Origin: Nageia nagi
Taxonomy: Eukaryota > Plantae > Pinophyta
Direction of reading: 5' to 3'
Length of the DNA stretch: 64,000 bases
NCBI GenBank assembly: GCA_050084985.1
Contig: JBITNC010000001.1
Span: 101,804,001-101,868,000, forward strand
Part shown: piece by piece, positions 47,851-62,229 of the stretch
Numbering within the stretch: position 1 is the stretch's first letter
Layout: every line of letters starts with the position of its first letter
Notes under the pieces: generated by a model
What the model was told of the DNA's origin: nothing
Database searches by the model: none
Seen by the model: only the letters and a program-made list of their open reading frames with translations
Made by a program: the position numbers and the translations under genes

Positions 47851-49934
47851 GTTTTTAAGGAAACAATAACTAGTAGGTTTTGAAAGGCCCTCAGTGCCTT
47901 TTACATTGATAATAGTTTCAAAAATCTCCCTCTACCACCCCAATGTATGAACAAAGGAGTCCCTAAACCTAGAGTAGGCTTGAACACTTTCAAAATATGA
48001 AAGAATTATTACATTCTTGACCAATGTAAAAATCTTAAAATATGCATTAAACCTTGTACATGTCCATTCATTTATTCCAAATCCTTAAGAGAATTTGAAA
48101 TTCCAAACTTCCTACTCATATATACTTTGTGGTTAAGCCTTGAAAGGTGAGTTCTAAAACCATGGTTCATGCAAAACTGTTATTTTGAGGTAAGCCATGA
48201 TAATCCTAGTTGAGACTTTCTTGGGCCAAATGAATGATGGAATTGAACAATTCCATAAACCAAGATCCCTTGTAGCTTATCCATCAAATATAACAATCAT
48301 ACATCTAACTAAGTAAGAATCAATAACACAAATTGACACATAGATGTATAGTAGTTTATCTTTAAGAGAGTACTCCACTTTACTTGGAAATCTCTATTAT
48401 CGCATGGCTACTTACAATGGAAAAAACTAACTCTCCATAGTACAAACTCTAATACCTCTTCTGACATATCTCACTTCTAAAATTTCAAGTAATATATCCT
48501 ACTCATGGGATCCTTATATAGGACTCTAAGTTAACCCTAGGTGGTTAGTAATCTTTACCACCTATGGTTAACTAACCATGAGTTTATATTATAAAATTAT
48601 AACACATGAGTGGGTAGGCCACACTCCACATGGGTGCTCCATCTAATGGCATGATGCATAATATTATATTATGCACTTACTTATTACATGGACCTACATA
48701 TACTAATCACATGTGCACTCACTTACACCATGGACCTACATGTACATGTGGACAAACTCCCATTATAAAATTATGTGGGGTTCCACAATTACTTACATGG
48801 ATAATCCACTTATTAACTTAAGTTGGTTTATTCCATGTTAATACAATACATCATGTAAATATCCATTTTCAAATTACATTATAATTCAATACTCCCCCTT
48901 AATGTAATCGTGGTAATGTTGATAACAATATAAGTAACCAGAGTATTTCTCCCCCTAAATATAAAAATGTGGATGAGAATGGAGATAATAGATATTTCTA
49001 AGCTTTGATATAGACTTTCAAATAGTGTTGACCATCTTGTTGTAGATTTACAGATTCTTTAGCTACCAATAGAAACCTACATAAATTGACCATCATATTT
49101 GCAACTACAAGCAAGAGATGTCAATTCTCATGTAAACCATATCAAGAATGATATTTATAAAATAAAGAGATGTAAAACCTCATGTAAACCATATCAAGAA
49201 TGATATATACATGTACTCATCATAAAAAATATGATATCTAACAATATCATCATAACATGATATCAATAATATCAATATGTGCACAACATACACAACATCA
49301 TCAAAACAATATCATATGTGCACAACATCAACATAACATGATCTTAACAATATCATAGGTGCACAACATCATCAAATAATCTATCAACCAATATCATATG
49401 TGCACAACATCATAAAAAAAATTTGATTTTTGTTTAATTTATATCATTATTTGTATTTGTTTTTTTTTGGTATATGATGGTATCATCACATCATAAAATT
49501 TACATGTCATCACAACATAACATATTTATCCTTCTTGATGACAACTTCACCAATCAAATACTTATTTGGCCATTGTATCTTAACTATGTCACAATATATC
49601 AATTACCAACTTAACTAAACCACCAAGTCAAGATTTATAAGGTAAAACATAAGCCACATACATAAGTTCTTATCTATTTACAAACATGTTGATTTGGAGG
49701 TTTAAGTTCTCCTTCAACAATATTGTATCATAGATGAAGAACAAGCCACAAAATTCCAACTTGACCAAACCACTAAGTCAAGATTTAAAGGCATAATCAC
49801 TTGACCAATTTAATATTTATAAGCCAAAAAAATGCTAACTTGACTATGCTACTAGTAAAAATGCATATAATAAAATTTTATAGCATTAATACAATAATAT
49901 GGATTCAAATTTCATCAAACAATTTGTAATTTTA

Positions 49935-50185
49935 GAGAATGATAGACCTTTTTAACCACTCCAACAATCTACAATCATGGAGAAAGGTGAACCTTTTTAA
50001 CCACTCCATTAGTGTGCAACTTTGGAGAAGGGAAAACCTTTTTAACCACTCCAATAGTTTGCTATTTTGGAGAAGGGTGAAGCTTTTTAACCATACCATT
50101 AATGTAGTCATGGATAAGGGCAAACCTTTTTAACCAATCCATTAATATAGTCATGGAGAAGGGTGAACTTTTTTAACCAATCCAT
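49935..50185. repeat. 43-45-bp tandem repeat, 6 copies
   Basis: TGGAGAAGGGTGAACCTTTTTAACCACTCCA core; CCTTTTTAACCA at 49947, 49992, 50037, 50082, 50125 and 50168. Confidence 0.9.
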
Positions 50186-50843
50186 CCACTACAACTTGCT
50201 AATAAGTAGCAATGTGGTAATCAATCCATCATCATAGATATAACTTTTCAAAATAGAAATAAAAATGTAGCAAAACATTATCAACCATAAATGATTCAAA
50301 TAATATTCATGCAATAATATGTTGACATGATGAGCCTCCATGAGCCTAGATACCCAAAGTAACTTGTAATCTCTAAGAGAAACCTATAAATTTCAAGCAG
50401 CTCATAAACCAGATCAATTAGATGCATCATATATATACATTTATATCACATAAGTTCAAATAATCAAATAATATCATCCATAAATTGATTAAATGGAGCA
50501 CTATAAGTCATAAATTTTTCAAATGATACTCATACACTTCCTTTTCAAAACAAGATTTTTATTATGCAAAAGAAATCAAAATTGCATTATCACAATAAAC
50601 AATTTGTGATAATATCCTCAATAAATCTTGTGAAGAAAGTTTATAAACTTTTCACTCCAACAAGTATATTAATCAATGTGCACAAGTAAACAATTTTAAG
50701 GATTAATTTTTTATCCAATCAAATAATGTGCACAATCAATAAGAATAGTTTGAAGAAAATTTGCATAAACTTTTACTTCAAACAATGTGCATAAAAGAAA
50801 TTATTTTGAAAGTTAAATCAACTTTCATATCAACCAATGATAT

Positions 50844-50848
<5 letters not shown>

Positions 50849-50879
<31 letters not shown>

Positions 50880-50897
50880 ACACACACACACACACAA
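50849..50897. repeat. (AT)n(AC)n microsatellite
   Basis: Read directly from the sequence. Confidence 0.9.
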
Positions 50898-51984
50898 TTT
50901 TGAATATATCAAACATAATAAGTCAAATGCAACCAATAAAGATAGTGCATATTATAAAGTTTGAAAAAATGACACAAATTTAAATTCAAACAGTATGCAG
51001 TATGCACATCCAAACAAACTTAATCAAATTTTCATTATTAACAATGTGCATATACAAGCACATAATGCAACTTCTCCCTTTTCCTTTGTCATTATAACAA
51101 CAAAAATCCATAAAATGACATAAGAAAAAATTTGCATTAAAAAGAAGTGTGAAAACAAATTGGTTTGCAAGGTATTGGACATAATCAATTTTGGCAAAAA
51201 ATGATTATTGCTTGCAAAAAATTATATTACTTGATAAATTAATCCAATTTGGTTATACTTGTAAAAATTGTGGCATTGAAAAATTACAAAAATGATTTTA
51301 CCTTTCAAATTTTTTGCAAAAAACTTTTGGCACAAAAAATATATGCATATAAAAAAAAAACAAATTAAGCATGTTCATACTTGAAAAATTTATCATTTAG
51401 TAAAGCTTAAATTATTATCTAAAAATTTACTTAAAGGATAAGAAGGGCCACATGCCTTTCCATAAAATGAGATTTAAAAGAAGAATTAAAATATTTGTGC
51501 ACATGATTAAAGTTCATGACACTTCATATAAATTAAACCCACTAGTAATGTTATACCATTAAAGATGGTATATTTCACATGCTTGAAAAGTCATTTCATA
51601 TAATTTAATCCCTAAATTTAAGGACCAATTAATTTAATAGCCAAAGAAAAGCACTTGAAAAAATTCTTTAAAGTAAAAAAATGTGCATCCACATTTATTG
51701 TCCTTAATAAACATATTTTTTCCAATAAAAAAATATAATTGACCAAGAAAAAAATATAATTTGTTAAAGGCCATGCTTTCACATGCCAAAAGCTTCTTCC
51801 ATTTTTTCTTTATTTTCCAACCTTCATTAAATCAAATCCTCCACCAAAAAAATTCCCACACCTTTTTTAAATAATAATACCCTCACTTTTTTTAAAAATA
51901 AGAGGGTTTGGAGAAGAAGAGAGCTCAATGAGTAAAGAAGAGACATGCAATGAGATTGAAAAAAGAATCCTTATTTAGAAGGCT

Positions 51985-52255
51985 AGGCAACCCCCATGAA
52001 GGAGTTAATGTGCACCATTTTGGTTGGCAACCTACTATGGGAGCATGCACCCCTTTAGGTGAACATGACCTCCTTAGGTTACATGCCTCCCCTTTGGGGT
52101 AGACGCAACCTCCATTGGGCATGCACCTCCCCATTAGGGTCGATGGCCCCTCGAGGATCTGCTCCCCCTTAGGTATAGCACATCCCTAAGTGGAATGCAT
52201 GCCCCAAAATGGGGTGGCTTCCCTTAAGGGCATGTGCATCCCCTCTTTAGGGCTA
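51985..52255. repeat. GC-rich degenerate ~20-bp repeats
   Basis: Recurring CATGCACCCC(T)TTAGG-like units. Confidence 0.55.
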
Positions 52256-55200
52256 GACTACTAATCTAAAATGGATTTTAGTATTAAAAAGGTGATTTTT
52301 GAAGTTCTTAATTTTATTGATTATTATCTTCTATATTAAAGAGCTCTCTTCCATGATTTCAATGCTTCAAATGATGAATAAAATGGAGCTATGTTTTGTA
52401 AGTTTTGGCTTTTCGAAATTTGAAAGTAAATATAAAAATGCAAAATATGCATGGAAGTCTCTATTGATGAACTCACCAGGAAAATCTCAAATTGATTCAT
52501 AGCTTGAAATTTGAATCATTGGTACCTCATATTATGTTGAACATTTGGTTAAAATTTTAAGGCATTTAGATTAAATAATTAAACTTTATGGCACTCACAA
52601 AATGGTAAATTATCATTCTACGTTCATGATAGTCAAAATTTTGATAGTTGCCAACTACAAATCTATGTTAGAGGTTAACTTGATGATAATGTTTGAAGCT
52701 ACCAATAAAGATTAAAGCATAAAATTTGAACTAGGTAATATAATTATATTCAAGAACACCTAGATAAAATTTCATTTCATTTAGAATTATGGTTAGGCCA
52801 AAATGGAACTAGAAGCATTTTTGATAATTTTGCAAAATCCAATAAGATAGGAGAATATAACCATATGAGGCCAAAACAATGTTATAGGAATACAAATGAG
52901 GGATATTATTTTTTATGAGAATGAGAGAGCATATTGTAAAGGAGGAAAAATAACAAATATTATCTTATCACCATGTAACCATAAACTCCAAATTTGTAAT
53001 CCCTTAATGTTATAAAAGGGAACATGGAGTATGAAAAAGTGAAAGTCCTTTAGTGTGGATTTCCTTCGAAGGGGAGTGAGTGAGTGTAGATTTGAATAGA
53101 ATGTATAAGACTCCATTTTATTGTAAACTCCATGGAAAATAACAAAACCATGAGAATAATATTGGAGGTGCATTTCAAGCTTCCATAAAAGAAGAAAAAA
53201 TAACATGGACAAGATTATTGCCATGGAGAAAGAAGTGAATGACATAATCACCATTATGTAAAGAAAAAAAGAAAAAGAGTAGTTATAAATATGTCATCCT
53301 AGTACAAGAGACATGGAACTATGTTCAAGGACTTTCATTGAAAAGAGAGACATTTTTAAGAAAGAGATTCAATGGAGAGCCTGTGAAGTAAGAAGGATCA
53401 TACAAGTGACATTATAAAATGGACTCTACAATAATGGATTGCTATGTACTAAATTTAGACCACATCTATCGAACCAAGGTAACTATATGTGTACATCATT
53501 TTGTGTGTTTTTGATTTGGTTTGCATTTTTATTTTTGTAAGCACTAAAATTAACAAAGTGTGAAGATTCAAATTAAATCCTAAAGTAAGGTTATTGAATT
53601 AGTTGTGCGCCCCTTCTTGGAGTGGTAGTCAACCCTTAAGGTAGCGTTGTTATTTTTTTCTTCTTTAATAATAAATTCTATTTAAAAAAAAACAAAAATA
53701 GAATATAAAAAAATTAATAAATTCTATCTAAAAAACTAAATATATAAAAAAAATTAATTCTCAAGATAAAAAAAGGAAAAAAAAATTATTGTACGCACAA
53801 TAAAAAAGTTTTGCAAACTTTTGTTAAAAAAATTGCATGAAACAGTAAAATTTTACAATTTTTACTATCAACCATTATTAGCTTTCTTGCAAAAAATAAT
53901 TATTACAAAATATCACTAATGGGATTTTTGTAAGTTTGCAAAAAAACAAATTAAATAGATCTTATCATAGTTCTAACTCTAATTATGTAAATGTTAGATT
54001 TAGCTATGAGAGTAAAATTAGATTATACTAATTTTCACAACATTTACAATCTAACCATATAGCATATGTTAGATATTTTTAAATACTACTAGCATGTAAA
54101 TAAGGTAAAATTTTACCTTAGATTTTAGCCCATTATTCTCAAGATAAAACATGTTAGTATAGATATCAAATTTCAATCTTTAAAATAAGAAATTGAAATG
54201 GACTAACCATTGAAGTTTCAAATAAAAATTAAAACAAGTTTAGAGGTTAGATATACCTTAAATTTGAGAAGAGTTACATGGAGATCACCAAGTAGAAATT
54301 TGAAGGAGATCACCATAAGGAGGCTCTGATACCACATGATGGAATTGAAGGATTCCATAAATCAAGATCTCTTGTAGCTTATCCATCAAATCTAGGAATC
54401 ATACATCTAACTAAGCAAGAATCAATCACACAAATTGGCACATAGATGTATAATGGTTCCTTTTTAAGAGAATACTCCACTTTACTTGGAAATCTCTATT
54501 ATTCCATGGCTATTTACATTGGATAAAACTAACTCTCCTAAATACAAACTCTAATACCTCTTCTAACATATCTCACTTCTAAAACTTTAAGTAATTTCTC
54601 CTACTCATAGGGTCCTTATATAGGACTCTATGTTAACCCTAGGTGGATAGTAAACTTAACCACATATGGTTAAATAACCATGAGTTTAAGTAGGCCACAC
54701 TCCACATGGGTGCTCCATCTAATCATATGATGCACAATATTATATTGTGCACTTACATATTTCATGGACCTACATGTACTAATAACATGTGCACTCACTC
54801 ACACCATGGACCTATAGGTATATGTTGACAAACCCCCATTATAAAATTATGTGGGGTTACACAATTACTTACTTAGCTAATCCACTTATTAACTTAAGTT
54901 GGATTATTCCATGTTAATACAATACATCATGTAAATAGCCATTTTCAAATTACATTATAATTCTAATAATGAACAGGGTCCTTCTCGTAGCGCTCCTACT
55001 ACCAGCTTGAAATAAACTCCATAAACCCTCCAAAAAGACACTAGACCATCACCAAAGCTTAGAGGATAGAACCACCCATGGGGGAAGGAGAAATGAGCAA
55101 GCCAAATAGTAGTAAAAGCCACTTATGCTCATAGGTTCAAGACCCACTAGAATATAAGAAAATAGCAAGATCACTGACACCCTCCCAAAAGCCTTAAGCA

Positions 55201-56169
55201 TCACTACAACACCAAAGAGAATAGGGAGAAAATAGGACCCAACTACTTGAACCCTAAAGGGATCCCAACCACTCTGGTTGAAAATAGTCCCTACAACCAC
55301 CTAAGAAAACCTAGGAAAAACTATAATCCAAAGAGAGCTAAGATGCAACTCCTTGACCTCAAATCCAAAACCATAATAGAGAGGCTTTGGGGAGCACCTA
55401 GCAAAATAAGCCCCAAAATCCTCCAGTAGACTAACCACCAAAGGAAGAGAAAAAAAGCCCTTCCACCCTCTACATAGAGAACCATATGACTCTCTATGAG
55501 CCAACACCAACAAGAAGAAGCCCCCTCCCAACACACCACTCATCTCTCCAAGTAAAGAATAAAACTTTGCTCGATGAGCCAACACTAGTATGAGTAAGCC
55601 CCCTCCCAAGAATTGAAAGCCTCACATATCCAAGGAGCCCCTCCCAACCAGGGATTTTTTTAAGCTCAATTCCTCGAAAAATACCTATTTTTAGGATTTC
55701 TAAAATAATTTGAGGAGTAAAATATTATTCTAAATTGCCAAAATTTTATAATATTTTTTTCCCTAATTAAATAGCCAAAAATATATATCATTTAAGAAAA
55801 TAAAATTGAAATATCCATCTCCAAGAAAGTAAAAATTAAAATTAAAATAGCCAAAAAATTATAATAAAAAATTATTAATTGTAAAAACTGGCCTAAATAC
55901 TATAATTACATTTTTTATGTAATAAAAATCATCAAAGTTTAATAAATAGTATTTATATATTTCCTTCAAAATTTAAAAATTAATAAAAATAAAATCTCCA
56001 ATCCCTATGTAACTTTGAAAACCTAAAAGTTATAAAACAAAATTAATATCATTGAATCCACTTGCACTAGACTCAAAAATATTTTTCCTGCCCCATACCC
56101 ACATACCCCTGATTTCATTTTGAATTTCATTTTGGTAGAGAGGAAGGAGAGGGAGGCCAAGGTTTGTGA

Positions 56170-56800
56170 AGCCATTCTCTGTAAACTTTGTCAACATTCT
56201 TCTAACATGTGCCACCATGGGAGCTCTAAAATAAGGTATGGACATCCAATGAAAAATAGTTGAAAATGGTTTTTGATTGGATATTGTGATTGTGAATGTC
56301 TTGATAAAATACACAAAATATGTTTTACTTGCATTCAAACATGTAGGTTTAGCGGATGTGGGATATAAATTATGTAAGACCATGAGTGACACTTATTGCA
56401 TTATTCCTAGGTAGAATCATTACAGTTGCATTATTGATCTTCATGGTCATGTTGGAACCTCCATCTCCTCCTCTTTTAATGTAATGATCTTTTCATGTCA
56501 ACTATAGAAGTTTGTTGGGCATCTCTCAACCTTTCTTTCTAGAAAATGAATACCCACCACATGTACATTTCCCACTTCCACCACCATTGTTGCACTTTGT
56601 AGAGAGGGTCATCTCAACAAGGTTGTGCATGTGTTGGATATGCGAAAGTTTAGTAGAGGCCTATGAAATTTTCAACTATACAACTAAATGAGACATTTTC
56701 TCATGGAATATGATAATTTCAAGTTACCAAAGGCATGGTTGTCCTCTATAAGCAGTGACATTATTTCACTAAATGCAATAAATAGTAGCAGTAGTAAAAC
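56170..56800 (+). pseudogene. Scrambled PLS PPR fragments
   Basis: CATMGALK*GMDIQ*KIVENGF, HYSCIIDLHGHVG, IVALCREGHLNKVVHVLD and FSWNMIISSYQRHG. Confidence 0.7.
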
Positions 56801-58505
56801 CAATTCACATGACTCTATGTAAATATAAGTCTATTGCATGTAGGTGTTAAATTGAATCCCTTGAAGAACATCATTTTTAATTGACCCATCCCTCAAATTG
56901 TGACAAATGGTCAAAGATACATTTCAATTAGTGAATGATCTATGGAAATTGTGTTCCCATGCTATTTTGGAATGAACATTTTATGGAGGGAAGAGGAAGA
57001 GGAATAGGATGGATGACTAAATCTTTATTTGAAGAAAAAGATTGAATTGATTGCATGCATCATGTTCCTTCCAATGTAGTAATGGGATTGGGAGGGGATA
57101 AGTTGGCCATGTGCTACTTAGTAAGGGTTGAAAGCCCTTTTTAATTGGAAGCCTTGGATGCCATGTGACCATGTACATTGCATCTCATGCTAAGAAATAA
57201 AGCACTTTTCACCTACATCATGAGGATGGGTGTCTGCACTCTCCCTAGCTTTTGATTATAAGACAATAATTTATTTACATTCTTTTAAGATCTAAGAATA
57301 ATATTTTTTGACACACGCCCTTTTCTTATGGGATACAAGAGTTTTACAGCTAAGAGTTATGGTATTAGGATATGAGAAGTTTTTTCAATCATTATCTCAT
57401 CGAATAATTGATTATTGTAAATAAATTTTGAAATATTTTTAGATAGTTTACAAGTATGCTAATGATGTTGTTCTAGAAATGTTATGCTATCTCAAAATTA
57501 GAATGATAAAAAGGTAAAGATTCTCATCCTAATTCAAGGAGTGATTTTTTAGGTTTCAATGGTATCATCAATGAATATGATGAATAAATATTACAAACAA
57601 ATATAAATATTGAATAATGAATTATATCTAGGATAATTTATGCTTTGTTTCTCTGATAGCTTCACTTCTAGACTTTGAAGACAAAGTGAGATTGCAAGTT
57701 GTAAATGGCATATGTGACCTAGTGAAATTTGACCCTAGATATGTGTCTTTTTAAATTATTATGAATGTTGCAAAGCATTTATGTGACAAGAACGTATTTT
57801 TCCTATTGCCTTTTTTCTTAAATGCTTTCTTATCTTCCATTTTTGGCTATTTCTTCTTTTGTTTATTGATGCTAAACTTTGTATATAGGTTTATGTGTGA
57901 AAGAAAACTCTTCAACAACTTATGAAAGTTTATAAGGCTTATTGCATGAAATGCTTAGAGGGATATATTGCATGAAGTGAGCAATTTGAATGGATTCCAA
58001 GTAAAATTATAATTTCTTGTCATTTAGGTGTGGTTGGGTCCAATTCTACCTTTGTTATGTAAATACATACATAGTTTTCTAAGGATCTAATAAATTCTTA
58101 TCATTTCTATGAATATATTGTTTTTTTGGTGCTAGGTTACCAGGAATGGATCTTATGTTTGTATAAGAACTATTTATAGTTTAGCTTGCTACATATGAGA
58201 GAATCCAACATTGGATTTTAATGTTCTTAGTCTTTTTTCCTAGTGATATTCAAGCTCTAGAGCTTATTTTATCTCACAAGCAAAGGTATATCTAGCCCTC
58301 AATCAAAAGGGGATAATATCATGTGATGTTTTTATAAGTAACCTCTTGGTAATGTTTTAGGTTACAACATGAAATGTAAATATATCTATCCCTCTGTAAA
58401 AATTCAAAGGTAGTATTAATTGCTAATTTGGTATTATTCAACTCATTATGCTTTGCAGTGTTGCATGATTTTTTACTTGAGGCCTTTATTTTTTGCCAAT
58501 ATATT

Positions 58506-58679
58506 TATTAATTGTTCCCTATAAAACATCTACATAATTCTAAATGATGAATAACAATATCAATATACCCATTCAATTTATTTTCACATCATATTAATTG
58601 TTCCCTGTAAAACATCTCCATAATTATAAATGATGAATAATGATATCAATATACTCATTCAACTTATTTTCACATCATG
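58506..58679. repeat. 86-bp tandem duplication (2 copies)
   Basis: TATTAATTGTTCCCT..TTTTCACATCA at 58506 and 58592. Confidence 0.9.
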
Positions 58680-59819
58680 TAAGATGGTTGGAGCTTGTAC
58701 GTAATTAACTTTTCCATATTTTCTATTGTATTATTTTCTTCTATATGATAACTTTTGGTTTATTTTCTAAAAAATAGTGTAGAAAACAAGCAACTCTATT
58801 TTATAAATGTTAAGAGAATGACTTCAGGCTAGATATGGATAGAGAAAAGTCAGAATCATATTTTATAGATATTAACACCAATGTAATAATTCATCATAGC
58901 TTTCTCATGTGAAACATATATGGTAAGATGTAAAATTCAACAACTTTTGCATCAACAGTTGTTTTATATTATTCATCTCATATTGTTGATATTCATGCAT
59001 AAAGTGTTATACCTGAAGGGTTTTACAATAAGCAATGCTTATAGTCACAATTTGAATAAATATCAAATCAGAATGCACCAAAAAATCTCCTACCTTCCTT
59101 AGCTAATGAACCAACAAAAGACAAGAAAATGGTAATGTGTTGTTGTTTGAACCATAGCTATGAAATTCAACAAGTAGTTAGTTTTTGGATTGAATATTTA
59201 TGAATTCAATGCAAATCAACAATTGAGAAAGATTCAAGAAAAATTAGAGTCTAAAAATATGCAATTTTTTCTAACTAATTACCAAATAATCATTGTTTAA
59301 TATATTTTATATAATTTAATATATTTCTTTTTGTATTTTTAGTTTGATTCTTTTTTTCCGCATATTCTTTGAATGGTATAATTTCAAAAGTTTGAACCTA
59401 AAAAAATATTTTTTTATACTTGATATCAAAGAGCAATTGTTGTCTCTAGCCATGTATGAGAAGAGGGGGTCTTTAAAGCCCTAAATTCCACTTTTGTAGA
59501 GAGGGGCTTTTTCAATGAACTTATAAAATTTGACAAACATTTGTTTGGCATTCATGAATATTGTTAATCAAGTTCTATATGTATAAAAGTTTGTCGTTGG
59601 GATTGGAAACATTCATAAAAATGAGAATGTTGATTTAATTCAAGATTAAAATATAGCTTAATTATCATCTAACATCATTTGATTAATGTTATTGTGTTAT
59701 GCTCATTGTTTTACATTGTATCTTTCTTTTTTTTTTGAACTTTCTTATTGCCTAAAGTTTGAAATGTGAATTAGAATAGCCTTTATTTATATAATTTGAA
59801 ATTATAATTTTTTCTTAAA

Positions 59820-62229
59820 ATCAACCATTCTCCCAACCCTTTAGTTTCTTAGTAATTGAAGCTCCAGATAGACACCATGGCCAGATAACAATAGGAGTAG
59901 GATCCTTAAATGATATCCCACCAACCAAAGATAATCCATGAGGAATGTATTCCTTAGCTGTAACTTCAAATGGTTCCCACATAGTCTGGGGAAAGGCCTC
60001 GAACAACAAAGGGAGATTTAGCTTCATAGGGAGTCCTCCTTCCCTGATCCTAGCAACTGATGGATCCTCCTCCATGAAAATGGGGAGCTTTATAAAGAGA
60101 GAGATCCCATCAGTGTTAAACATCAAAACCTCCTCAATCCTTCGAAACCTAAACTACACACAACCACCTTTGATTAGCCACTACCATAATCATCTTCCAA
60201 AAAGGAGTCTATAGCATCCTCTCTACCTAGGCCACATATGTAGCTAGAACAATCTTTACCACCATCAACAAACCCATCTTGGCCCTTAAAAATATTGCAA
60301 TGCCAAGTCATCTCTATCTCCCCTAGAGCAAACTAAAACTCTAGCAGAGCCATTTTTTTCCTAAAAAATATTAGGGTAAACATATGAAGAATATATATCC
60401 ATGTGCATGTAGTGGGGAGTTATTATAACCTACTATGTAGAAAACCCTGATCGTACACAACCAGCACCTAAATTTTTACCACTTCCTTTATTACCCCTCC
60501 ACATGGGTATAACTTCCTCTCTTATCTTATGGGATTGGAACCCATGACCTCCCAAAGGAGACCAAAAACCCTTACCACTACACAATTACCTTATGTATTC
60601 ATAGAGGTTTAAGTTTATTAGCAAGAGTTTTTGTCATAATTTTGCACAAAACAATGCATAAACTTATTGGGAAAAAGTTCTTGAATTCCTTTGCATTGGG
60701 AACTTTGGAGATCAACACTAAAAAAAGTGGTATTCTAAGATTTAAAAATTTTAACAGAAGTTTGTAATTCTTAAATCACTAACAATGCCTCCTTCCCTAC
60801 AATGTGCTAAAAGGATTGAAAACAAATTAATATTAAATTCATTTGGTCTAGGGGACTTATTATGGGCCAAGGAGAAGATTGTAGTTTTAATCTCAATAAA
60901 AGAAAATAGCCCAATTAACCTTTTATTATCTTCATCAGATATCAAACATTGGATATGCTCAAGTATTCCATCCATGATATTTTCTCAAGAGTGGAATCAA
61001 GGGATAAAATATTTTGAAAAAAAGTTTACCCTAATTTCTTTAGTTTGTGTCAATTCCTACTTCAACATACCTTGGTCATTCTTAATCTCATTAATTTTAT
61101 TTATTTATCTATACTTAAAGGTTATCATTTTGAAAAATCTAATGTTAGGGTCACTCGTTTATAACCAATTCACCCTATATTTCTTCCTTTAGATATTTTC
61201 TTCATGTACTAAGGTATTGTGGAACTTAAATAGAGCCTATTTTTCTTTTATTATGATCTTTGGAGAAATCTCAAGTGTTTCAATCCATTCACCAATTTCC
61301 CTAGTTTTATATTTAATTTGAGCCTTATCATGTTGAACTTTACCAAATACCTCCTTATTCCATAATCTTAGTTTGAGCTTAATATGTTGGAGTTTCTTAA
61401 TAAGGGAGAACATCCAAGTCCCATGGACAACAACATTTCACCATTCTTGAATCTTAACTTCCATACCTAGGTGATCAAGCTACATGTTCTCAAATTTTAA
61501 AGGTGTTCTCCTTGGAATCTAAACCTCAAATTCTAATAAAAAGGGATTATGGTAAGAACCAATTCTAGGTAAGGACTTCATGTGGTAGTTTGGAAAAATT
61601 TTGATCTAGGAATGGAAACCAAAATTCTATCCAAATGAATCATGATTAAATCAGAGTAAACCCTTTGGTTAGTCCATGAATATTTGCACCCATGCAATTC
61701 AAGATCAATCAACCCAGAGCTACTATTGTGAAGATCACTCATGCTAATTAGTTGGGGGGCATCTAGGATACATCCTAGTTTTTCATTTGAATGAAGGAGG
61801 TAGTTAAAATCCTCAACCATCATCCAAGGGTCCCCCAAATTACTATTTAATAAGCTACTAAGTTATCCCCACAATCTTCTCCTTTACAAGACATAATTAG
61901 GAGCATAGACATTTACAATATGAAACTTTACTTCTAAGACCTTATCCATAAAATTTAGGTAGATCAAATTACAAGAGGAAAAAGATAACTCTCCAATTAA
62001 TTCTCCATATTCCATAGAGTCATCAAACCACTAGAGCTTCCATGGGTCAAAATAGATTCCATCCCAATAGTCTTCCAACTCAATTTTTGATGATATAAGC
62101 GTTACCATGCCTAATTTGTATTTCTTACAATAATAATACATCAAGATTATAATTTCTATAGTCATCTCGTAGAGGTCTATAATTAGAGAGGGAATTCAAC
62201 CCCTTCACACTCTAGGAGATAACAATCAT
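59820..62229 (-). mobile_element. Decayed L1 LINE ORF2 (endonuclease to RT-adjacent, internally deleted)
   Basis: Start MIVIS*SVKGL at 62229; WMMVEDFN, YSWTNQR, LDRILV and KSPRPNEF motifs. Confidence 0.8.
60425..60592 (-). mobile_element. tRNA-derived SINE
   Basis: A-box-like TGTGTAGTGG (rc 60575-60584) and B-box GGTTCCAATCC (rc 60532-60542), 32 nt apart, with no cloverleaf; lies inside a LINE. Confidence 0.6.

Larger units (their letters stand above)
48235..54968 (-). mobile_element. Non-autonomous LTR retroelement (LARD-like) with non-coding interior
   Basis: LTRs 48235-48891 and 54337-54968; perfect TSD ATGAA; PBS TGGTATCAGAGC (rc at 54323-54334); PPT rc CTCCCCCTT at 48892-48900. No gag/pol motifs recognised in the 5.4-kb interior. 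Confidence 0.9.

Noticed and set aside
60530-60592. Additional tRNA gene
   Set aside because: Only A/B boxes remain and there is no cloverleaf; better explained as a SINE head.
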